From positions 32,176-74,002 of the forward strand of contig CAZEMU010000003.1 in the NCBI GenBank assembly GCA_964513315.1: a stretch of 41,827 bases of DNA, in the 5' to 3' direction. The first letter of the stretch is position 1. Every line of letters starts with the position of its first letter. Both the position numbers and the translations under genes were made by a program. The DNA comes from an uncultured Acidimicrobiaceae bacterium (lineage in GTDB: Bacteria > Actinomycetota > Acidimicrobiia > Acidimicrobiales > UBA10347). Shown here one piece after another: positions 9,983-16,906 of the stretch. The notes beneath the pieces were generated by a model. The model ran no database searches and was not told the origin of the DNA. It saw only the letters and a program-made list of their open reading frames with translations.

Positions 9983-10675
9983 CGCTCGCAGGTCTGCGTA
10001 GGCGGCTTGGCCAGCCTCGGTCTGGATCCAACTGAGATAGTCAGCTCGACCGCGCTCGCTGAAGAACGGGTTCGAGAAGATGTCGGCCCACGCAGCGACA
10101 GGCTTCAAGAAGCCTTCCATCTCGCTTTCGAAGCCGGACCAGTTGCGGGCATGTTCTTCCGACCGGAAGAGGTTCATGCTCGCTCAACGGAACGGCCTGC
10201 TGGCCGCATCACCCCCGACCATCTGGCTCGTGTATCCAACCACGGTGTCGGGCTCGACGAGGATGATCTCGTCGTCACGCAACTCGACCACCATCGGCTC
10301 ACTACAACACAAGCATGGCGCTTCGATTCGAACGGCCTGACCAGGGACGAGCCAGCGAACTGCCAGCGACTCGAATCCTCATTGACCGAACCAGCCGTGG
10401 CGCTCACCGATCTGGATGCGGTACTGCGTCGGCTGCACGTTGAACGGAGGGAACGACGCAATCCAGTCCGTCCCCGGATGCATCCAGCCGGGCGTCACGG
10501 CACACAGCTGATGCACGATCTGCTTCGCCCGTTCGACCTCGATCCCCAACATTGGCGCCAGCTCCGCATAGTGCGGCGCCTGCGTCGTTTCGACGATCGA
10601 GGTCATGATCGCGGCGTACGCCCGATCGAGTTCGACGATCGGGATCTCCTCGGGGGAAGCGGTATCGGCGGCCAT
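9968..10675 (-). CDS. MerB (organomercury lyase)-like protein, putative double selenoprotein (Sec99, Sec164), 235 aa
   Basis: ORF-track pieces 10379..10690 and 9968..10177 share one frame. In-frame TGA at 10379-10381 (WFGQ-U-GFE) and 10184-10186 (RPFR-U-ASMNLFRS) align to the MerB catalytic Cys motifs. N-terminal HTH-like segment and PPFNVQPTQYRI are MerB-like. Hairpins follow both TGAs. Confidence 0.8.
10145..10183 (-). promoter_or_regulatory. Putative SECIS element after second UGA
   Basis: GCG-A-GCAUG/CAUGC-C-CGC lower stem, UCUUCC/GGAAGA upper stem, GGUC apical loop starting 19 nt after the UGA. Confidence 0.7.
10345..10378 (-). promoter_or_regulatory. Putative SECIS element after first UGA
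   Basis: GGAU/GUCC and GAGUC/GGCUC pairings enclose a G-containing apical region (UGGCAG) directly after the UGA. Confidence 0.5.
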
Positions 10676-10735
10676 GCACCACGATGACACATGTCGCTCG
10701 GGCGGTCACAGGTAGCGCAATTGGCGCCGGACCAC

Positions 10736-10949
10736 TAGCCTGTGCAACGCACATTCAGTTGACGAAGTGGTCGTGAGAGCGTCCCACCCCGTCGCCGCTC
10801 GAGGCGCACCGGGTCCCAGTGCAGTTCCGTCGCCGGGGAATACCCCGTTCGCGATGGTGTTGCGGTGGTTCCTTGCCTGCCAACAAGCGCAGTGCACTGC
10901 AAGAACTACCCATCGAAATGAGGAGATCATCCTTCGTGAGTGATCCGCA
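10736..10949 (+). promoter_or_regulatory. Putative promoter (-10 TAGCCT) and about 200-nt leader of infC-rpmI-rplT, possible L20-type autoregulatory RNA
   Basis: Long non-coding stretch with pairing potential (AAGTGG...CCCAC, GCAGTGCACTGC) ahead of an operon that is commonly L20-autoregulated. The function is an inference. Confidence 0.3.
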
Positions 10950-11648
10950 ATAGCACCGCCACGTGATTCACGAGATTCCGGCCCCCGGGTGAACGAACAA
11001 ATCCGGGCCCGCGAGGTCCGACTTGTCGGCGCCGACGGGGAACAGGTCGGAATCGTGCCGCTGCCAGAAGCCCTTCAGCTCGCCCAGCGAGCTGGTCTTG
11101 ACTTGGTCGAAGTCGCCGATAAGGCGAAGCCGCCCGTGTGCAAGATCATGGACCATGGCAAAGCGGTCTACGAGGCGAAACAGCGTGACAAGGCCTCTCG
11201 CAAGAAGGCCACGACCGTGCAGGTCAAGGAAATGAAGTACCGGCCGAAAATCGGCAAGGGTGACTTCGAGACCAAGACCCGCAAGGTGAAGCAGTTCCTC
11301 GGTGAAGGCAACCGCGTCAAGGTCACGATCATGTTCCGAGGCCGCGAAATGCAGCATCCGGAACTTGGTCGTCGCATCCTCGACAACATTGCCGAAGAAG
11401 CCGACGACATCTCCAAGGTCGAGGTCTATCCGAAGCTCGATGGTCGCAACATGGTCATGGTCCTGGTTCCCGACAAGGAGAAGCAGGCAGCCTTGGCCGC
11501 CGAGGAAGCAGCAGCCGCTGCAACCTCAAACGCACCAGCCGCAGCAACCCCAGCTCCCGAACCCGAGGCAGAACAGCCAGAGGTCGCCGAGCCGGAGGCA
11601 ACCGAGGCCGAAGCCCCTGCAGCTGCAGAGGTAGAAGCAGCCGAATAG
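10950..11648 (+). CDS. infC: Translation initiation factor IF-3 (probable ATA start; alternative GTG 10989)
   Basis: [36 protein letters not shown]; Ala/Glu/Pro-rich C-terminal tail. Confidence 0.97.
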   Translation: MAPPRDSRDSGPRVNEQIRAREVRLVGADGEQVGIVPLPEALQLAQRAGLDLVEVADKAKPPVCKIMDHGKAVYEAKQRDKASRKKATTVQVKEMKYRPKIGKGDFETKTRKVKQFLGEGNRVKVTIMFRGREMQHPELGRRILDNIAEEADDISKVEVYPKLDGRNMVMVLVPDKEKQAALAAEEAAAAATSNAPAAATPAPEPEAEQPEVAEPEATEAEAPAAAEVEAAE

Positions 11649-11779
11649 TCCCGACGCCCGCTCCCCATCAGGTGCCAGCCATCAGTTGGCCACCACCAGG
11701 TACGGAGCGGGCGCCGAGACAACCCATAAGCAAGCCCCCCAGAAAACAAAGACCGACACCACTCGGTCGAGGTAGCAAC

Positions 11780-11977
11780 ATGCCGAAGATGAAGACCCAC
11801 AAGGGCGCCAAAAAGCGCTTTGCCCTCACGGGCACGGGCAAAATCAAGCGCCGCCAGGCGAACAAGAGCCACATCCTCGAAAAGAAGTCGCCAAAGCGCA
11901 AGCGTCAGCTTCGCCCCGCGGCCCTCGTTTCCGAGGCTGATGCACCGAACATCAAGCGCGCGCTCGGCAAGCGCTGA
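11780..11977 (+). CDS. rpmI: 50S ribosomal protein L35
   Basis: [14 protein letters not shown]...HILEKKS; GAGGT RBS. Confidence 0.97.
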   Translation: MPKMKTHKGAKKRFALTGTGKIKRRQANKSHILEKKSPKRKRQLRPAALVSEADAPNIKRALGKR

Positions 11978-12001
11978 AGACCCAGAGAAGGAGAGACTCC
12001 A

Positions 12002-12370
12002 ATGGCACGTGTCAAGAGAGCCGTTCACGGTCGTAAGCGCCGCAACAAGGTCCTGAAGCAGGCAAAGGGCTACTACGGCAACAAGAGCCGCAGCTTCAAG
12101 TCCGCTAACGAGCAGGTCATGCACAGCGGGAACTACGCGTTCCGCGACCGCAAGGCCCGCAAGGGTGAGTTCCGTCGCCTGTGGATCCAGCGCATCAACG
12201 CTGCATGCCGCATGCACGACACCACCTACAGCCGTTTCATCGCTGGCCTCAAGGCTGCCGGTGTCGAGGTCGACCGCAAGGTCCTGGCCGACATGGCTGT
12301 CCACGACGCTGACGCCTTCAAGGCGCTGGTCGACGTGGCCATGCAGGCAAACGAGACCGTCGACGCCTAG
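12002..12370 (+). CDS. rplT: 50S ribosomal protein L20
   Basis: MARVKR...AKGYYG...[12 protein letters not shown]...DRKVLADMA. Confidence 0.98.
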   Translation: MARVKRAVHGRKRRNKVLKQAKGYYGNKSRSFKSANEQVMHSGNYAFRDRKARKGEFRRLWIQRINAACRMHDTTYSRFIAGLKAAGVEVDRKVLADMAVHDADAFKALVDVAMQANETVDA

Positions 12371-12482
12371 GGCTTGCGGCGTGCGGCCACCTGCGATCGA
12401 GTCCTAACTCGCTTCGCTCGGAGGTCCTCGATCGCAGGCAACCGCACGTCGCCTCTTCGGCAACACCTGCGGCGCCTCGCTC

Positions 12483-13229
12483 ATGCTCAGCAAATCTGAC
12501 ATCGCCCGGCTTCGTGGCCTTTCCCGCAATCGGCGGGATCGGCGCGAAGCGGGGCGATTTGTCGTTGAGGGCGAGAAGCTCGTCGCCGAGGTGCTCGCGT
12601 CTGACCTGTCGGTGCACACGATCGTGGCCGACGAGGAGTGGCTCGGCGGCGTCGCCATGGGCGCAGTCCCGGTGCCACGCCACGTGCTCGAACGGGTCGC
12701 GTCGACCGCTTCGCCCCAGCCGGTGTTGGCCGAGGTCGACATCCCCGACATGGCCTGGAGCGCGATCGCCATCGACCAACCGGTGCTCGTGTTGGTCGAT
12801 GTAAACGATCCCGGCAACGTCGGCACCTTGGCTCGCTCCGCCGAGGCGGCAGGCTTCGGCGCCCTGGTGGCGCTGGGCGCAACTGCCGACCCATGGGGAT
12901 CCAAGACCGTGCGGGCCGGCGCCGGAGCGATGTTCCGGCTTCCCGTCGTCGAAGAGCGCAATACCGATGCCGGGCTCGCCCGCCTCGGCGAACTCGGCTT
13001 CCGTCGCATCGGCACTCGCATGGACGGCGCCACCCCATGCGATGAGCTCGATCTGACGGGACCCGTGGCGCTCGTACTCGGCAGCGAGGCCCACGGCCTC
13101 GGTTCCGAGCATGACGCAGAGATCGACGAGTGGGTCTCGATCCCGATGGCCGGCGATCTCGAATCGCTTAACGTCGCCATGGCGGGCACGATCCTGACGT
13201 ACGAACTCGCTCGCCAACGCCGCGGCTGA
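12483..13229 (+). CDS. TrmH/SpoU family RNA methyltransferase
   Basis: DPGNVGTLAR, VLGSEAHG, IPMAGDLESLNVAMA SPOUT motifs; usual position after rplT. Confidence 0.92.
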   Translation: MLSKSDIARLRGLSRNRRDRREAGRFVVEGEKLVAEVLASDLSVHTIVADEEWLGGVAMGAVPVPRHVLERVASTASPQPVLAEVDIPDMAWSAIAIDQPVLVLVDVNDPGNVGTLARSAEAAGFGALVALGATADPWGSKTVRAGAGAMFRLPVVEERNTDAGLARLGELGFRRIGTRMDGATPCDELDLTGPVALVLGSEAHGLGSEHDAEIDEWVSIPMAGDLESLNVAMAGTILTYELARQRRG

Positions 13230-13304
13230 ACGGCGCCACGTCGCCCGCCAAGGGTGACGAGAAACCGGTGGCGTCACGGCGAGGCAGCTGGGACACTTGC
13301 GCCC

Positions 13305-13859
13305 ATGGGCAATCTGCACGAGTCGATCACCGATGAACTGAAGGCATTCGCTGAATCCCAGCCCGTCTTCTTCGTCGCCACCGCTCCGAGCGAAGGCGGA
13401 CACGTGAACGTGTCACCAAAGGGACTCGAGCCGGTCGCGGTGCTCGGCCCCCACGAGGTCGCCTATCTCGATCGCACCGGCAGCGGCATCGAAACCGTCG
13501 CCCACCTCCAGGACAACGGCCGCATCACGCTCATGTTCTGCGCATTCAAGGGCAGCCCGAACATCGTCCGTTTCGCCGGCACCGGCGAAGCCGTGTTCCC
13601 CGACGACCCCCGCTTTGCGGATCTATTGGCTGCCTTTCCTGAAGAGCCGGGCGCCTTGCGCTCGATCATCCGCATCGACGTCGACCGCGTCTCTGATTCG
13701 TGCGGCTACGGCGTGCCGATCATGGAACTCAAGGGCGATCGCAGGGCCTTGCCTGGGTGGGCCAAGAACAAGACCGCCGAGGACATCGCCGAGTACCACC
13801 AGCTGAAGAACAGCGAAAGCATCGACGGCCTGCCCGGCATGCCAGTCGCTTCGGCCTAG
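13305..13859 (+). CDS. Pyridoxamine 5'-phosphate oxidase family FMN-binding protein
   Basis: FFVATAP...NVSPKG, YLDRTGSGIETVAH, ITLMFCAF, SCGYGVP. Confidence 0.85.
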   Translation: MGNLHESITDELKAFAESQPVFFVATAPSEGGHVNVSPKGLEPVAVLGPHEVAYLDRTGSGIETVAHLQDNGRITLMFCAFKGSPNIVRFAGTGEAVFPDDPRFADLLAAFPEEPGALRSIIRIDVDRVSDSCGYGVPIMELKGDRRALPGWAKNKTAEDIAEYHQLKNSESIDGLPGMPVASA

Positions 13860-14070
13860 ACAGGGCCTCGTTGCCATCCGTTCCCCTCGCTGCGGTAGAG
13901 CGGCGGTCCTGGCGCCGTTGCAACGATCTTTGGGGCGGGCACGGGCCGTATTCCACCGTGCACGCGGAGTGCGTTTTCTGCTGAGCAGAAAGCCTCATCA
14001 AATGTTTGTCCGGGCCGATGGACTGTCCTACACTCACACGAGTTAACGACACCTCTTGGGAGAGTTTGTC

Positions 14071-14463
14071 ATGTCTTCACTTCGCAGCGCACTTGTACTC
14101 GCGCTGGGATTCGCAATGTTGCTCATCGGCTTCGCAGGCCCGGCCTCGGCACAAGATGACGGCTACCCGGTTGTGCTACCGGCCCCGCAGCCAGATCCAG
14201 GCCCGTTCGCTAACGCACCGGGCGCAGTGTCCGGCACGCAGGCCAACCTGCTCGGTGGCGCTGGAGCACTCAATCTCACCGACAACGCTGCTGCGTTCCA
14301 GCGCCCACTGGCAGCCGCGGCTGCTGGTACCGGCGGTGGCACGGGTGGCGGTAACGGTCAGCTTGCCTTCACGGGCGCTGAGTCGAGCGTGCTGGCCGCA
14401 GCTGGCTTCACCCTCGTCCTCGCTGGCGGCGCAGCCGTCGTCGTAAGCCGTCGCCGGGACTAA
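14071..14463 (+). CDS. Small secreted, sortase-anchored surface protein (LAFTG)
   Basis: Signal peptide ending ASA-Q, Gly/Ala-rich body, LAFTG + hydrophobic helix + RRRD tail; GGGAGA RBS. Confidence 0.75.
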   Translation: MSSLRSALVLALGFAMLLIGFAGPASAQDDGYPVVLPAPQPDPGPFANAPGAVSGTQANLLGGAGALNLTDNAAAFQRPLAAAAAGTGGGTGGGNGQLAFTGAESSVLAAAGFTLVLAGGAAVVVSRRRD

Positions 14464-14493
14464 TCCCACGGCGTAAGCCAAACAGATCTGAAG

Positions 14494-14530
14494 GAGAGCG
14501 CCGGGAACACGCCCGGCGCTTTCACGTTTT
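14494..14530 (+). terminator. Intrinsic terminator
   Basis: GAGAGCGCCGGG/CCCGGCGCTTTC stem followed by a T-rich tract, between convergent genes. Confidence 0.7.
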
Positions 14531-14555
14531 CTGCTGGTCTTCGCTGTGTTTGCGG

Positions 14556-15038
14556 CTAGCGCTGAGCCAGATGCTCGATCAGCCGCTCAACGAAGACCAC
14601 CTGGGCCGGGTTCAGCAGCTCGGCCGCAGTTGACGGCGTAACCCAACGGGCCTCGTCGACCTCGGGGACGTCGATCATCCGGCCCGACTTCGGCGGCCAT
14701 TGCATCGAGAACGTGTTCGACACGATGGCGCTGGCATCCAGGTCGCCCTCGACCGCCCAGGCCACAATGCGCTTGCCACTCTTGAGCCTGGTGTCGCCCA
14801 GTTCGATCCACGGAAGTGGGGGAGGCTCGCTGCCAAGCTCCTCAGCGAACTCTCGGCGGGCCGCTGTCGGCCCATCCTCGGCATCGGGGTCGAATTCGCC
14901 CTTCGGGATCGACCACGCACCCTCGTGTTTACGGGCCCAGAACGGGCCGCCCGGGTGCACGATCAGCACCTCGACTTCGCCAGCCGCACGGTCGCTGCTC
15001 GTACGCCACAACATCACGCCCGCGCTCGTTGCCGCCAC
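14556..15038 (-). CDS. NUDIX hydrolase
   Basis: HPGGPFW, WSIPKGE, AARREFAEELG Nudix box, WPPKSGR...PEVD. Confidence 0.9.
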   Translation of the reverse strand: MAATSAGVMLWRTSSDRAAGEVEVLIVHPGGPFWARKHEGAWSIPKGEFDPDAEDGPTAARREFAEELGSEPPPLPWIELGDTRLKSGKRIVAWAVEGDLDASAIVSNTFSMQWPPKSGRMIDVPEVDEARWVTPSTAAELLNPAQVVFVERLIEHLAQR

Positions 15039-15044
15039 GGTTCC

Positions 15045-15749
15045 TCAGATCCTGATCGACTGTTCGAAGCCCTCATCGTCGCGACCCGACGGGCCGAGCA
15101 CAAGGGCCGTCCCATCAAGCACACGGAGCGCAGACCAACAGGCGACGACCGCGTCGAGCACATCGTCGACCGGGACCTTGTCGGGCGACTCGAGCAGCAA
15201 GTCATCGAGCGTCGGGAACAGCGGACGCAACGCGAGAAGACGCTCGGCTGCGCCACGAGCGGACTTCTTCGACGCCATCGGCACGCCGCCGTTCAGCTCG
15301 GCGAACGCCGTCTCGGGGTGCGTCTCGAACCATCGCTCGAACGCCGGATGACCCGGCAGCGTGGCTCGCAGCTCTCGTACCGAGCCAGCCAAACCCCACG
15401 CCTGCGCCGAGATGCCGGGCCCGTCGTGGGCCCGGTTCACATCGGTCGCCTCGGCTCGGTCCTTGGCGAGGATCGCCGCCCGGGTCGGGCTGATAAACAC
15501 CGAGCTGGCGGCCCGCCCCAGCCGAGCTCGCAGCTCAGCCTCGGCGTCGCGTCGCCCACGCACCGGCAGCGCCATCGGCATGTCGACCGCCACCACGTCA
15601 CAAGCGACCGTCTCCTGGAGAGCGTCGCTCGTCGTCTCGGCAGCCGCAAGCGTCAGCGACGCTCCGGCGAGCTGGGCAATGATCCAGCCGCCGCGCCACC
15701 GGTCAATTCCCGCGACTGCCTGGCCCTTGGCGGTCCGAAGCGAGGCCAC
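15045..15749 (-). CDS. DUF429 family protein (predicted RNase H-like nuclease)
   Basis: VAGID...GW, AVDMP, ETHPE, DDVLDA motifs; start approximated at GTG 15749. Confidence 0.8.
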   Translation of the reverse strand: MASLRTAKGQAVAGIDRWRGGWIIAQLAGASLTLAAAETTSDALQETVACDVVAVDMPMALPVRGRRDAEAELRARLGRAASSVFISPTRAAILAKDRAEATDVNRAHDGPGISAQAWGLAGSVRELRATLPGHPAFERWFETHPETAFAELNGGVPMASKKSARGAAERLLALRPLFPTLDDLLLESPDKVPVDDVLDAVVACWSALRVLDGTALVLGPSGRDDEGFEQSIRI

Positions 15750-15751
15750 CG

Positions 15752-16774
15752 TCAGTTGGTGACGCCATCGCTGATGAACCGCACTCGATACATCGTCGGC
15801 CAGAACTTGCCGGTGACGAGCCATGTCGCCTTTTCGGCGTCCCAGGCGATGCCGTTCAAGACCTCGGTCGGCGTCACCCGCGGCTGCTCCAGCGCAGAGG
15901 CGTCGACGATGCCATCGACGAACCCCGTCTCGGGATCGATGCGCACGATGAAATCGGTCCGGTACACGTTGGCCCAGACCTTGCCATCGATGCACTCCAG
16001 CTCATTGAGCGAAGCGATCGGCGTGCCCGACTGCGTCACGCTGATCTGACCGATCAACTCGAACGTCGCTGGGTCACGGAAGTACAGATTCTCGCTGCCG
16101 TCGGTCATCACGAGCCGGTCCCCGTCATAACAGAGGCCCCAACCCTGGCCCTCGTAGCTGACCTCGCGCAGGAACTCGAACGTCTCGGCGTCCCACCAAA
16201 ACGCACGCTGGTCCTGCCACGTGATCTGAATCAGCTCATCGCCGACGCGCGTGAGGCCCTCGCCGAACACGGTGCCGGGAGCGTCCGCGCGCTGCACGAC
16301 TTCGCCGGTGTCGATGTCGACTCGCCGCACGTCGCTCTCGTAGACGACATCGCCGCCAGGGTGACCCTGACGCCCGGTGCTCTCCAGGAGTTGCCCGTCC
16401 ATGATCTCAAGCCCTTGGGTGTAGGCAGTGATGTCGTGGGGGTAGGTCGCAATGACCTCGGGGCGCAGCAGTTCAATTGCACCGGGCGGAAGCGCAGCCG
16501 TCGGCGTCGGCCCCGGGTTCACTGACTCGGCCGGTGTCGCGTCGTCCGCAGTGGCCGCACCGGCAGCGTCCGTAGCACCATCGTCGGTCGCTTCGGCCGA
16601 CTCGGGCATCGCTTCGGCCGTTGGCTCGGCCAGCACGATGTCACCGCCCTCTGGCGTTGCTGCAGTCGCCAGCAAGCCGGTATCACTGCTGCTGCCCCCG
16701 CACGCCGTGGCGAACAGGGCGATCGCGACCGCGGGAGCGGCCAATCGGGACAAAGCGGAGTGGTCGTAACGCAC
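15752..16774 (-). CDS. Glutaminyl-peptide cyclotransferase, lipoprotein
   Basis: Lipobox FATAC; YPHD..AYTQGLE, FGEGL, GWGLC, LNELE, VLNGIA, TGKFWP. Confidence 0.92.
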   Translation of the reverse strand: MRYDHSALSRLAAPAVAIALFATACGGSSSDTGLLATAATPEGGDIVLAEPTAEAMPESAEATDDGATDAAGAATADDATPAESVNPGPTPTAALPPGAIELLRPEVIATYPHDITAYTQGLEIMDGQLLESTGRQGHPGGDVVYESDVRRVDIDTGEVVQRADAPGTVFGEGLTRVGDELIQITWQDQRAFWWDAETFEFLREVSYEGQGWGLCYDGDRLVMTDGSENLYFRDPATFELIGQISVTQSGTPIASLNELECIDGKVWANVYRTDFIVRIDPETGFVDGIVDASALEQPRVTPTEVLNGIAWDAEKATWLVTGKFWPTMYRVRFISDGVTN

Positions 16775-16906
16775 CTCCGAAGTGTGGCGCCTCCGCGCCT
16801 AAATGCGGGGTCACCCCGTCGGGTTAAGGAGATGCCCGTCTCGGATACGCACAGACGTCGGCCGTCGACTAACGTCGCAAGAGTTCATACATGTGGGGAG
16901 ATACAA

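Noticed and set aside
10184-10381. UGA=Trp alternative genetic code
   Set aside because: Trp is encoded by TGG in the same gene, and many genes in the window (rpmI, thiolase, CoxL-like) end in TGA at their expected C-termini
9968-10690. Reading this locus as a pseudogene or as two or three small genes
   Set aside because: Both interruptions are TGA at catalytic-Cys positions with downstream hairpins, and there are no frameshifts or other stop types. Not formally excluded until Sec machinery is shown.
11490-11648. Ala/Glu/Pro repeat-like tail of IF3 as a novel domain
   Set aside because: Low-complexity C-terminal extensions are common in actinobacterial IF3
13995-14020. Sigma28/WhiG-like promoters (GCCGAT at 14014 and 21643)
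   Set aside because: The -35 matches are poor and GCCGAT is frequent in high-GC DNA
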